Source: Patescibacteria group bacterium
GTDB lineage: Bacteria; Patescibacteriota; Patescibacteriia; Magasanikbacterales; GWA2-37-8
Assembly (NCBI GenBank): GCA_041649475.1
Contig: JBAZNA010000001.1
Coordinates: 392,612-456,611, forward strand
Reading direction: 5' to 3'
DNA length: 64,000 nucleotides
Shown here: one piece after another, positions 27,035 through 37,375 of the stretch
How positions within the stretch are numbered: the first letter of the stretch is position 1
Layout: every line of letters begins with the position of its first letter
Position numbers and translations under genes: made by a program
Notes under the pieces: generated by a model
Databases searched by the model: none
Seen by the model: only the letters and a program-made list of their open reading frames with translations
What the model was told of the DNA's origin: nothing

Positions 27035-29065
27035 ATGAAAAAATTATTCACAATTATTTCAATTTTTACCTTCATTCTAGCGATAGGCATAATTTTTGTG
27101 GTACTCAAGCCCGCCTCTGCCACAGTTCTCAACACACCTACCGTTAATTCCACCCTATCCAACGGCCTTGTCGGCTGGTGGACAATGGATGGAAAAGATT
27201 CCGATGCTGCAGCTTTTTTTGACAAAAGTGGAAGTGGAAATGTAGGAGTAAAAAACGGCGGAGTGGGAAGCGTTTCCGGTCAAATTGGGCAGGCGGCAGG
27301 TAGTTTTAATGGATCAAATTATCTTAATGCCGGTAATTCCTCCACTCTTAATCCTTCAATTATTACCATCACGGCGTGGATAAAAATAAAAACCATCGCC
27401 GCTAATAATAATACTATTTTAGTAAGAGGAGGCGCCGATTATTCGTTTGAAACAAATAATATCGGTGGTGGAAATGAAACATTGGCATTCTATCTCAACG
27501 GTTATAATGCTTTTCGTGGAAATACCGGTCTCACCAGAAATAAATGGAATTTTGTGGCCGTTTCTTATGATCCAAATTTGGCCAGTCAGAATATAAAGTT
27601 TTATCTTAATGGTGTTCCGGATGGAACCTCTGTAACCAGCAGTCCCATGGTTTCTACTGCCAATTATATTACTATTGGCGCCCGCGGTGGCGGTGCCGCT
27701 AATTTTAATTTGGATGACGTCCGTGTCTACAACCGCGCCCTATCCGCTTCCGAAATCCAGCAATTATATACACAAGGCGGTGGAAAGATAAATACAGCTG
27801 ATTTGGTTAATGCCCAGCTTCGCAACGGGCTGGTTGGTTGGTGGACAATGGATGGAAAGGATGGTTCAACCGACAAAAGCGGACACAATCTTAATGGAAC
27901 GAATACGGCGATAACAAAAGTGGCGGGCAAAATCGGCCAGGCGTATAAGTTTGATGGAACGACTTCTGCCGTAACTTTGCCGAGTTTTACCAATACCGCT
28001 GTAATCTCACGAACCGCTTGGATTAAAACAACCAGCACCGCTCAACAGGGCGTGTTAGACAATTATTCTAATGGCGCTGGAATATATTTTGGGTTAACCT
28101 CCGGAGTGGTATTTGTTTATCAAAATAGTGGGAACCCAACGGGAACAAGTGGAACTAGAACAGTCACTGATGGTAAATGGCATCATATCGCCTTTACTAA
28201 TGATGGGACAGTATCTTCATTTTATTTAGACGGGATCTTTGATAGATCTACACCGCAAACATTAACAGCGCAGGCAAGCGTTGGCAGTATTGGATATGGC
28301 AGCGGTGCCGGCGGTTTTGCCGGCTCATTAGATGATATTAGAGAATATAACCGTGTTTTGTCCGCCACCGAAATTCAAGAACTATACAAACAAGGCGGGG
28401 GAAAGATAAACAAAACAGATTTGATCACAGCGCAACTGCGCAACGGGCTTGTTGGTTATTGGACCATGGATGGGAAAGATATTGACGCCGGTTCGGTTTT
28501 TGATAAAAGCGGGTTAGGAAATATTGGCACCAGAACTGGTGGCACAAAACTTGTTTCAGGTAAAATTGGGCAGGCGATGAACTTTAATGCTTCTGATACG
28601 GGGGTCAGTGTTGCCGGGTCATCAATAACGGGAACAAACGTCAGTCGCTTTGCCTGGATTAAAATTAAAAATACGGACCCTGCTACTTGTGGCGGAGGCC
28701 GTTGTGAAATTATAGGTGGAGTAGGATCGCCGTACAGTTTGCTTGAGTGGGATGGAAGTTTGTCGGTTTATGGGTATGGGTTTGACACGCCTGCGTGGGT
28801 GAGTGTTGCAACCACCCTGGTCGCCAACAGATGGTATCATGTTGGTTTTACTTATGACGGAACTCGTTTACGGATTTTCAAAAATGGCGTGGATATTGGC
28901 GGTAATAATAATGCCCCCGGAGCTATGGCGGCGATGGGATCTTTGTCTGTCGGTTATCTAAGTGGTGTTGGCAGATATTTTAATGGTTCTATTGATGATG
29001 TGCGCGCTTACAGTCGCGCCCTGTCCGCCACCGAAGTAATGCAGTTATATAAAATGGGAAAATAA
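27035..29065 (+). CDS. Secreted triple LamG/ConA-like (Laminin_G_3-type) domain protein, paralog 1 of 6
   Basis: Signal peptide. Three ~220-aa units each start GLVGWWTMDGKD...DKSG.GN.G....G.......GKIGQA..F[DN]G and end LDDVRVYNRALSA.EIQQLY. Start codon is 2 nt after the giant ORF's stop. Confidence 0.75.
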   Translation: MKKLFTIISIFTFILAIGIIFVVLKPASATVLNTPTVNSTLSNGLVGWWTMDGKDSDAAAFFDKSGSGNVGVKNGGVGSVSGQIGQAAGSFNGSNYLNAGNSSTLNPSIITITAWIKIKTIAANNNTILVRGGADYSFETNNIGGGNETLAFYLNGYNAFRGNTGLTRNKWNFVAVSYDPNLASQNIKFYLNGVPDGTSVTSSPMVSTANYITIGARGGGAANFNLDDVRVYNRALSASEIQQLYTQGGGKINTADLVNAQLRNGLVGWWTMDGKDGSTDKSGHNLNGTNTAITKVAGKIGQAYKFDGTTSAVTLPSFTNTAVISRTAWIKTTSTAQQGVLDNYSNGAGIYFGLTSGVVFVYQNSGNPTGTSGTRTVTDGKWHHIAFTNDGTVSSFYLDGIFDRSTPQTLTAQASVGSIGYGSGAGGFAGSLDDIREYNRVLSATEIQELYKQGGGKINKTDLITAQLRNGLVGYWTMDGKDIDAGSVFDKSGLGNIGTRTGGTKLVSGKIGQAMNFNASDTGVSVAGSSITGTNVSRFAWIKIKNTDPATCGGGRCEIIGGVGSPYSLLEWDGSLSVYGYGFDTPAWVSVATTLVANRWYHVGFTYDGTRLRIFKNGVDIGGNNNAPGAMAAMGSLSVGYLSGVGRYFNGSIDDVRAYSRALSATEVMQLYKMGK

Positions 29066-29078
29066 TTAGCCGAACAGC

Positions 29079-31088
29079 ATGAAAAAAATAAGTTTTACAA
29101 TTTTGGGTTTATCCTTTCTCGCCGTTGGCCTATTGTTTTCGCACAGCGTTTTTTCCGCGACCGTGAACACATCGGGGAGTGTTTCTTTGCCCAATCTAAA
29201 TAAGGGTTTGGTGGGGTGGTGGACGTTTGATGGTAAAGATTTTCTTGATCCGACACATATAAAAGATACTTCCACAAATGGAAATATTGGCACCGTATCT
29301 AGTGGAATTAGAAAATTAACCGGGAAATTAGGGCAAGCGTTAAGTGGAAGTGGGACATCCGCCTGGGTTAATACCGGAAATGCGGCCTCCTTACAGGTTG
29401 ATACGGGAACCTTATCACTTTGGTTAAAGGGCAGTAGTTTAAATGATGATGGACAACATAATCTTATTCAGAAAGCTAACGCTTATGGCATTTTTATGTT
29501 GGGTGGATTGTTGGAAACATATAGCTGGGGAGGTAGTGCAGGATTTAGAAATACTAATATTAATATAAGAGATAATAAGTGGCACCATATTGTAATGTCA
29601 TTTCAAAGCGGAGTTACAAACGGAACGATATTTTATGTTGATGGTGTGCAGAGGTATTTAACAACTATTACAATTTCGGACCAGCTCGGCAGTTTTGATA
29701 TTGGAGGTGCAAATTTGCTTGGTTCTCTTGATGACGTCCGCGTCTACAGTCGTGTCTTGTCTGTTTCCGAAGTCCAACAACTATACAAACAAGGCGGGGG
29801 GGTGATAGTAAATAAACCTGAAACCGCCAAACCAAATTTAAATTCGGGATTGGTGGGGTGGTGGACTTTTGATGGAAAGGAAACAACCGCTGTAACCACA
29901 ACGGATAAAAGTAGAAATGGGATTGATGGAACGAGAATATCGGTTACTTCTGTTGCTGGCAAAATTGGCCAGGCGATGAAGTTTAACGGGACGACATCAA
30001 AAATAACTTTACCATCTTTTACGACTGGCGCCACACTTACACTGGCAGGGTGGTTTAAAACAACCAGCAATGACCAGCAATCAATTGTTAATAATTATTG
30101 GGACTCGAGGGGTTTGTATTTTGGCACAGTTGGCGGGAAGATGTTTTCTTACTCAACTTATAATAGTCCAGAAGCTTTTCAGGGTAATGCAATTATCAAA
30201 GACAATAAATGGCACCTTGGTGTTTATACGCTTAATGGGACTAAGGGTAGGTTTTATGTAGATGGAATTCTGGATAAAGAGATAGATCAAACAAGAACAA
30301 CGTTTACCTTGGCAGGGGCAATTGGTTTTGGTATGGGTTCACCGGATTATTTTAACGGTCTTATTGACGACGTTCGTGTCTACAACCGCGCTTTGTCCGC
30401 GCAGGAAGTCCAACAATTATACAAACAGGGCGGAGGCATCATAACCAGCAAATCCGAAACTACCAAGCCGAATTTGAATTCCGGTTTGGTTGGGCATTGG
30501 ACCTTTGACGGAAAAGATTGGGCTTCGCCCACGGTTGTATTGGACAAGAGTGTGAATAAAAATAATGGAACTCTAAACGGAGGGGTGACCAGAGTGAGTG
30601 GCAAATTTGGGCAGGCGATGAAGCTTAATGGAACAAATGGATTTATAACTTCAGCAACGACGGGATTTCCGACTTCCAGTGCCGCCATTTCTTTCTGGGC
30701 TAAAGTTGTTAATCCGGCTTCAAATACATCAATTATATATTCCGGTCCTCTTTTTAATATTCACTTTCCCGGGTGGGGAGGTATTTATTGGGACTTTGGT
30801 TCCACTGCTAGTGGAGGCAGGCTTTCTATTGCTTGGGATGCAAGCTGGACTAATAAATGGGCTTTTTGGACGTTTACTTCGCAAGACGGTGTCGGGCAAA
30901 AAATTTTTAGAAATGGAATAGTTATTGCGAGCGACAACGATACCGCCACTTCTTCATACGGCGCGACATTTTGGATAGGCGACCTGCCGGGCTATGATTC
31001 TTGGGATGGAACTCTGGATGATCTTCGCATCTACAACCGCGCCCTGTCCACTGCTGAAGTAACGCAGTTGTATAAAATGGGAAAATAA
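29079..31088 (+). CDS. Secreted triple LamG/ConA-like domain protein, paralog 2 of 6
   Basis: Signal peptide ending VFS/AT; same three-unit architecture and the same LDDVRVY.R.LS..EVQQLYKQGGG junction motifs. Confidence 0.75.
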   Translation: MKKISFTILGLSFLAVGLLFSHSVFSATVNTSGSVSLPNLNKGLVGWWTFDGKDFLDPTHIKDTSTNGNIGTVSSGIRKLTGKLGQALSGSGTSAWVNTGNAASLQVDTGTLSLWLKGSSLNDDGQHNLIQKANAYGIFMLGGLLETYSWGGSAGFRNTNINIRDNKWHHIVMSFQSGVTNGTIFYVDGVQRYLTTITISDQLGSFDIGGANLLGSLDDVRVYSRVLSVSEVQQLYKQGGGVIVNKPETAKPNLNSGLVGWWTFDGKETTAVTTTDKSRNGIDGTRISVTSVAGKIGQAMKFNGTTSKITLPSFTTGATLTLAGWFKTTSNDQQSIVNNYWDSRGLYFGTVGGKMFSYSTYNSPEAFQGNAIIKDNKWHLGVYTLNGTKGRFYVDGILDKEIDQTRTTFTLAGAIGFGMGSPDYFNGLIDDVRVYNRALSAQEVQQLYKQGGGIITSKSETTKPNLNSGLVGHWTFDGKDWASPTVVLDKSVNKNNGTLNGGVTRVSGKFGQAMKLNGTNGFITSATTGFPTSSAAISFWAKVVNPASNTSIIYSGPLFNIHFPGWGGIYWDFGSTASGGRLSIAWDASWTNKWAFWTFTSQDGVGQKIFRNGIVIASDNDTATSSYGATFWIGDLPGYDSWDGTLDDLRIYNRALSTAEVTQLYKMGK

Positions 31089-31089
31089 T

Positions 31090-33201
31090 ATGAAACGCGT
31101 TTTGTTCACAGTTCCTTTCTTACTGATAATACTCGCCGCGGGCTTGTTTTTGCGTTCCCGTTTTGCAAATGCCATGGTTGTCAATCAAAGCGTTAACAAT
31201 AGCAACTTAACTTTTGGTTTGGTGGGCTGGTGGACAATGGATGGAGCGGATACCAATGCCACACAGGCCTTGGATAAAAGCGGAAATGGAAATACCGGCG
31301 CTAGAAATGGCGGGACTAAACTTGTTTCGGGCAAAATTGGGCAGGCGATGAAGTTTGATGGGAGTAGCGGGAATATTGCTACAACTCCAGGTGTTACTGC
31401 CTTGACTTCTACATCTACTTTTACAATGTCGGTTTGGGTTTATTGGAATGATACCACCGCAAACGCACCCGCGACGGAATGTCCTTTTTATAATGGAGGC
31501 AGTTATGGTTTTTGTATAAATACTGGAGGTAATAAAATGGGTATTTATTATAATAATATTAACGCGACTGTTATAGTCGCGAGTGTATTACCAAAAAAAA
31601 CCTGGAGACATTATGTGATGACAAGGGCTAATGGGGTAAGTTCTTTGTATGAAAATGGAGTATTTAAGGACTCTCAAAATACCGATGTCCCCCAAGATGT
31701 GAATACGTTTTATGCCACGCATGTTGGAGAATTGTGGGCTGGTCCTACCTTTCCTTTTAACGGTTCAGTTGACGATGCCCGCATTTACTCCCGCGCCCTG
31801 TCCGCCACAGAGGTCCAGCAATTATACAAACTCGGCGGCGGAAAGATAAATCAAACTCCGACAATAAATTTAAGCAACGGCCTGGTGGGCTGGTGGACAA
31901 TGGATGGAGCGGATACAAACGCCACACAGGCGTTGGACAAATCAGGGTATAATAACACGGGGACAAGAACGACAGTTACACCAGTGGTAGGGGAAATAGG
32001 TCAGGCAATGAGTTTTAATGGGACGAGCGGATATGTTAATGTTCCAGTAAGTCAAGGATCTGTTTTGGATATAGCCACTAGTACATATTCGGTTTGGATT
32101 TATCCAACTGTGAGTGGTGTTGGAGCACAAAGTGGGCTTAGAGGTATAATCACTCGTGATTCTGGGAGTATGCCAATGGCGTGGAGATATGCCAATGATA
32201 ATATCATATTTAGCTTTAACGATACGATTATTATTACGGTCGCAGGTCCGGCTTTGAATAAATGGACCCTGGCTACTGTAACATACGATGGTACGAACGT
32301 GAGAATGTATTATAACGGCGTTCTTGTTGCTGGCCCCACCGCTTCTTCGCCGCCGGCTGTTTCAAGCGATCCTTTAAAAATTGGATTGGACTACACTGGT
32401 CAGTATAGTAGATATTTTAGTGGGAAAATGGATGACGTTCGCATCTACAGCCGCGCCCTGTCTGTCGCCGAAGTAAAAGCCCTGTATCAAATGTCACTTC
32501 CCGCAAAATCCAATTCCTCCAATGCGGGCAAAGGCGGATCTTTAACGGATTCCAGTTTGGTGGGCTGGTGGACTTTTGATGGCGCCTATACAAATACCAC
32601 ACAGGCCCTGGACAAAAGTAGAAATAGTAATACCGGTACCAGAACTGGTGGAACAAAACTTGTTTCAGGCAAACTCGGTCAGGCGATGAAGTTTGATGGG
32701 AGCAGTGCATACGTTGGAATGGCGGCTTCTGCGGGAAATAATTCAAGTGCCATAGGTCATACGTATGCCGTCTGGGTTTACAGAACAAAAGATTATAGCA
32801 GCGGACTCGGATGGGTTATAGAGAATGGCGGGACATGGGGGGAAGCGGGTGGCTCTAATTTGACGATCAGCGGAAACAGAATTTGTTATTATTATAACAA
32901 TGCTAATGTTTCGGTTTTAAGCAATAGTACCGTTTCAGCCAATGCCTGGCACCATATCGTGGTTTCGTATAATGCAAATACCAATAAAGCTACGTTTTAT
33001 TTGGATGGAAGAGCAGATGGAACCAGTGCAGCCCTGGGAAGCTGGGATGCTTCAACAAATTTAGTTAGAATCGGAAATTGGATTTCAGGAGGGGGTGGGC
33101 ATAATGAATACTATTTTGAAGGTTCCATTGACGACGCCCGCATCTATTCCCGCGCCCTCTCGGCCGCCGAAGTAATGCAGTTATATAAAATGGGAAAGTA
33201 A
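31090..33201 (+). CDS. Secreted triple LamG/ConA-like domain protein, paralog 3 of 6
   Basis: Signal peptide; three LamG-like units; start codon 2 nt after the previous stop. Confidence 0.75.
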   Translation: MKRVLFTVPFLLIILAAGLFLRSRFANAMVVNQSVNNSNLTFGLVGWWTMDGADTNATQALDKSGNGNTGARNGGTKLVSGKIGQAMKFDGSSGNIATTPGVTALTSTSTFTMSVWVYWNDTTANAPATECPFYNGGSYGFCINTGGNKMGIYYNNINATVIVASVLPKKTWRHYVMTRANGVSSLYENGVFKDSQNTDVPQDVNTFYATHVGELWAGPTFPFNGSVDDARIYSRALSATEVQQLYKLGGGKINQTPTINLSNGLVGWWTMDGADTNATQALDKSGYNNTGTRTTVTPVVGEIGQAMSFNGTSGYVNVPVSQGSVLDIATSTYSVWIYPTVSGVGAQSGLRGIITRDSGSMPMAWRYANDNIIFSFNDTIIITVAGPALNKWTLATVTYDGTNVRMYYNGVLVAGPTASSPPAVSSDPLKIGLDYTGQYSRYFSGKMDDVRIYSRALSVAEVKALYQMSLPAKSNSSNAGKGGSLTDSSLVGWWTFDGAYTNTTQALDKSRNSNTGTRTGGTKLVSGKLGQAMKFDGSSAYVGMAASAGNNSSAIGHTYAVWVYRTKDYSSGLGWVIENGGTWGEAGGSNLTISGNRICYYYNNANVSVLSNSTVSANAWHHIVVSYNANTNKATFYLDGRADGTSAALGSWDASTNLVRIGNWISGGGGHNEYYFEGSIDDARIYSRALSAAEVMQLYKMGK

Positions 33202-33204
33202 AAT

Positions 33205-35304
33205 ATGAAACGATTTTTATTCACAATTTCCATAATAATATTCCTATGGCTGGTAGCGCCGGCAAGCGCCGCCACTATCTCCACATCTAACACCAGCGCC
33301 CCGAATTTAAAAACAGGTCTCGTTGGCTGGTGGACGTTTGATGGGGTATCAGTCACCAGCACCGGCGTTCTTGATAAAAGCGGACAAAATAATAATGGCG
33401 GTAGAATGGGTGGGACTTCCGTGGCTACCGGAAAGGTTGGACAGGGAATTAAACTAAATGGAACTACCGGCTACATTTCGGGCGCCAATTCAACAGATAT
33501 CGCGTCTACACCGGTGACTGTTTCTGTGTGGGTAAAATTTTTAACCATTGCTCCTGGTAATAATTATCCAAGAATAATTGATGTGCAGGATAGTAATTAT
33601 TCAGTCCAAATAGTTTGGGACTATGGAACGGGTGGCAGTGGTCAATTTGTAACCAAGCATAGTGAGTGGCAAGCCGCAGGTGACGGTACACAGTGGGGTG
33701 TAACACCGGTTCTAAATAAATGGTATCATCTTGTGGCAGTTTGGGATGCGTCTGCAAACTCAACCAAATTTTATGTTAATGGTATTGAACAGTCAGGTTC
33801 GGCAAATAGTAATATTGGTGAGGGAGCATCAAGAAACAAATATTTTTTTGGAGTCAGAGGCGACCTTTTAGCAAGTCCAAATACTTTTGGTAACGAGGTG
33901 CTTGACGACGTTCGTATTTACAGTCGTACTCTGTCCGCTACCGAAGTTCAGGCATTATATAAACAAGGCGGAGGAGTGATAAGCAAAACCGATTTAATCA
34001 CGGCACAACTGCGAAACGGATTGGGAGGTTTGTGGACTTTTGACGGAAAAGATACAACCTCGGTAACGACCACCGATAAAAGCGGAAATGGGAATGACGG
34101 AACAAGAAGTGGTTTAACAAAAGTGATAATCGGCAAAATTGGACAGGGGATGAATTTTGATGCGGTTCATGGAAGCGGTCAGATAACCATAACATCGTCT
34201 CCGTCTGTCCATCCAACAGGGAGCTTTACCCTATCAGCTTGGGTTAATCGTGCCAATGCACAAAATGCGGAAATTATTCAAAAAGGTACTGGGGCTTTTA
34301 GCGGAGCAGCGGCGGGTACCGACTTTGAATTCGGTTTTGTTTCTCTTTTATATTTTCAATTTCACGGCAGTGACGGTTCAGCCAACAGTTTGGCTGTTTC
34401 TGCGCCAATATTGAATCAATGGCAGTTACTTACAGCGGTTTTTGATTCAGGAAGAACAATGAAAATTTATATCAATGGAGTAGAAAAAGCCACCAAAGAT
34501 GTCACGGTCACGAGCACTGAAGATTCCACCGGTAATTTACATATTGGCGGGTTTGTTTATTTTTTTCATGGTTCTATAGACGACGCCCGCATCTACAACC
34601 GCGCTCTTTCGGCCACGGAAATTCAACAATTATATACACAAGGTGGAGGTAAAATCAGCAAGACCGATTTAATCACAGCGCAACTGCGAAACGGATTGGT
34701 TGGCCATTGGACTTTTGATGGAACGTCAGTCACCACCACGGGCGTTATTGATAAGAGCGGACAAAATAACAACGGGGTCAGGGTGGGCGGGACAAAAGTG
34801 GCAACCGGTAAAATCGGGCAGGCGATGAAGTTTGATGGGGCGGACGGAAGAATATATTCTTCCTGCACCGGTTTTTCTAATACAGCGATCAGTATTGCTT
34901 TTTGGGCCAAACAATTGGCCGCGCCTTCTAATTATTCTCTGGTGGTTGGTGACCAAGGCGGCCTGGGCGCTGTTTTTGTCTTTCCATCCGATGGTAGGTT
35001 TTTCGGTCAGCTTTCCTTGACTTCTGCCGGAAACGTTTATTCAGGGTATGTTGCCCCAGGAACAGGTTGGAATCACTGGGTGTTTACTTGGAAAAGTGGC
35101 GATAAATTAAAACTTTATAAAAACGGTGTTTTAGCCAGCCAGAGCGGAGACGCATATACTGATACGATTCAAAATTTTATAGGAATTTATATTGGTTATT
35201 ACAGTGGTGTAAATTATTTTAACGGTTATATAGACGACGCCCGTGTCTACTCCCGCGCCCTGTCCGCGGCCGAAATCCAGCAGTTATATAGGATGGGGAA
35301 ATAA
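33205..35304 (+). CDS. Secreted triple LamG/ConA-like domain protein, paralog 4 of 6
   Basis: Signal peptide ending APASA/AT; three LamG-like units. Confidence 0.75.
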   Translation: MKRFLFTISIIIFLWLVAPASAATISTSNTSAPNLKTGLVGWWTFDGVSVTSTGVLDKSGQNNNGGRMGGTSVATGKVGQGIKLNGTTGYISGANSTDIASTPVTVSVWVKFLTIAPGNNYPRIIDVQDSNYSVQIVWDYGTGGSGQFVTKHSEWQAAGDGTQWGVTPVLNKWYHLVAVWDASANSTKFYVNGIEQSGSANSNIGEGASRNKYFFGVRGDLLASPNTFGNEVLDDVRIYSRTLSATEVQALYKQGGGVISKTDLITAQLRNGLGGLWTFDGKDTTSVTTTDKSGNGNDGTRSGLTKVIIGKIGQGMNFDAVHGSGQITITSSPSVHPTGSFTLSAWVNRANAQNAEIIQKGTGAFSGAAAGTDFEFGFVSLLYFQFHGSDGSANSLAVSAPILNQWQLLTAVFDSGRTMKIYINGVEKATKDVTVTSTEDSTGNLHIGGFVYFFHGSIDDARIYNRALSATEIQQLYTQGGGKISKTDLITAQLRNGLVGHWTFDGTSVTTTGVIDKSGQNNNGVRVGGTKVATGKIGQAMKFDGADGRIYSSCTGFSNTAISIAFWAKQLAAPSNYSLVVGDQGGLGAVFVFPSDGRFFGQLSLTSAGNVYSGYVAPGTGWNHWVFTWKSGDKLKLYKNGVLASQSGDAYTDTIQNFIGIYIGYYSGVNYFNGYIDDARVYSRALSAAEIQQLYRMGK

Positions 35305-35319
35305 ATCCATATAGATTTT

Positions 35320-37362
35320 ATGAAGCGCATTTCGTTCGCAATTGCCGCAATAATATTCCTATGGCTGATGGCACCAGCAAACGCTATTGTTGTCAATTCT
35401 TCTCCGGCCAAAAGTTTGACAAATGGTTTGGTGGGCTGGTGGACGTTTGATGGGATGGATACGACGGCAAGCACTGCTAATGCTAAAAATGGGTTAGGAA
35501 ATAACGGAACAAGGATGGGAACGACGTCGCTAGTGAGGGGCAAGATTGGCCAGGCAATAAAACTTGATGGGTTAAGCGGACAAATAAACGCCGGTTCGGC
35601 TAGCGGTTTTGGAAGTACAGAAAGTCATACTTTTTCTGCTTGGATAAATGCCAAAGCTCTTGGTGCTGATGCTGATTGGCCGTGTATCATTAGCAGAGAC
35701 AACACTGGTGTAGGTACAGACCTGCTTATTTACAATCAGAAAATCTCTTTTTTATATAACGGAGGAGCGGCGGCAGTTTTTGGCAATTCACCTCTTTCTT
35801 TAAATAAATGGTATTTTATTTCTGTAGTTTATGATGCCTCCACCAATAAAGCTACTTTTTATGTAAATGGTTTACTAGATGTAACTTCAAATGCTCTTGG
35901 TTCATGGAATTCCGGTTCGGCCCCATTATATATTGGTTCATATCAGGGAAGTACTCATTTTTTTAATGGTTCTATTGATGATGCGCGCATCTATAGCCGA
36001 GCCCTGTCCGCTACCGAAATTCAGCAACTATACAAACAAGGCGGGGGAGTGATAAACAAAACTGATTTAATTAAAGCGCAACTGCGCACCGGACTCGTAG
36101 GCCAGTGGACCTTTGACGGATTGTCAGTCACCAGTACCGGCGTTCTTGATCAAAGCGGACTAGGAAATAACGGTGGCAGGCAAGGCGGAACTTCTCTGGT
36201 GAGAGGCAAAATCGGCCAGGCGATGAAGTTTGATGGAACAAATGACTTTATTGACGTAGGGCATAGTAATACAAGTTTGGATTTAGAAGACAGATTAACT
36301 CTTTCTACATGGGTTAAGTTTAATGTTTTAACCGGAACTTTTGAAGAAATGATTGTTAAATCCGGGGGTTATTATTGGATAGGTATCACTCAAGATGGTG
36401 CAGACTACAAACCGTATTTCCTTATCTATAATGGTACTAATCGAACTGTCACAGGAGTGACTTCCATTAAGACAGGGGTCTGGTACCATATTGTTGGTAC
36501 TTGGGATAAAAATGAAGGAACCATGAGGTTATATCTCAATGGGATTTTTGAAAATTCATTACCTAATATCACCACTTCTATTTTTGCGCAGACAGCCAAT
36601 GTTTATTTGGGCGGAGATGTCACTGTAAGAATCAATGGACTTATTGACGACGCCCGTATCTACAACCGCGCCCTGTCCGCGACAGAAATCCAGGAACTTT
36701 ATAAAATGGGCGGGGGGGTGATAAACAAAACTGATTTGATTAAGGCACAGCTCCGCACCGGGCTCGTCGGCCAGTGGACCTTTGACGGATTATCAGTCAC
36801 CAGTACCGGCGTTCTTGATCAAAGCGGACAAAATAACAATGGTGGCAGGCAAGGTGGAACTTCTCTGATGAGAGGAAAAATCGGGCAGGCGATGAAGTTT
36901 GATGGCGTGGATGGCAAAGTTTCGGCGACAGGTTATGAGACCACGATATTTACAATCAGCGCGTGGGTAAAAACTAATGATGCTAGAGACGACAAACATT
37001 TTGTCGAGTTTACCGACAGTTCTGGCTACAGACACGGGATAGGACTGTACCCGGCAGGCAGACCGGTTATGACTTACGGCGTGGCAAAATGGAAAAACAG
37101 CACCGGTTCCTTAATAAACGATTCAAAATGGCATCATTTTGTCGGCACTTACGACGGAATTAGCGCAAAAATATATATTGATGGCATTTCCCAAGGCCTC
37201 TCTGGCGAAAATTCATGTGGCGCATCAGCAGCAAGTGTCCTAGTGATTGGAAGAGCCGTGGATAACGGTTCCCAAGTTAATTCTTTAATTGACGACGCTC
37301 GTGTCTACTCCCGCGCCCTGTCCGCGCAGGAGGTTTACCAATTGTATAAAATGGGAAAATAG
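35320..37362 (+). CDS. Secreted triple LamG/ConA-like domain protein, paralog 5 of 6
   Basis: Signal peptide ending APANA/IV; three LamG-like units. The starts of units 2 and 3 are near-identical at the nucleotide level (about 36046-36240 vs 36706-36900). Confidence 0.75.
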   Translation: MKRISFAIAAIIFLWLMAPANAIVVNSSPAKSLTNGLVGWWTFDGMDTTASTANAKNGLGNNGTRMGTTSLVRGKIGQAIKLDGLSGQINAGSASGFGSTESHTFSAWINAKALGADADWPCIISRDNTGVGTDLLIYNQKISFLYNGGAAAVFGNSPLSLNKWYFISVVYDASTNKATFYVNGLLDVTSNALGSWNSGSAPLYIGSYQGSTHFFNGSIDDARIYSRALSATEIQQLYKQGGGVINKTDLIKAQLRTGLVGQWTFDGLSVTSTGVLDQSGLGNNGGRQGGTSLVRGKIGQAMKFDGTNDFIDVGHSNTSLDLEDRLTLSTWVKFNVLTGTFEEMIVKSGGYYWIGITQDGADYKPYFLIYNGTNRTVTGVTSIKTGVWYHIVGTWDKNEGTMRLYLNGIFENSLPNITTSIFAQTANVYLGGDVTVRINGLIDDARIYNRALSATEIQELYKMGGGVINKTDLIKAQLRTGLVGQWTFDGLSVTSTGVLDQSGQNNNGGRQGGTSLMRGKIGQAMKFDGVDGKVSATGYETTIFTISAWVKTNDARDDKHFVEFTDSSGYRHGIGLYPAGRPVMTYGVAKWKNSTGSLINDSKWHHFVGTYDGISAKIYIDGISQGLSGENSCGASAASVLVIGRAVDNGSQVNSLIDDARVYSRALSAQEVYQLYKMGK

Positions 37363-37375
37363 GAGCTACGCCCAT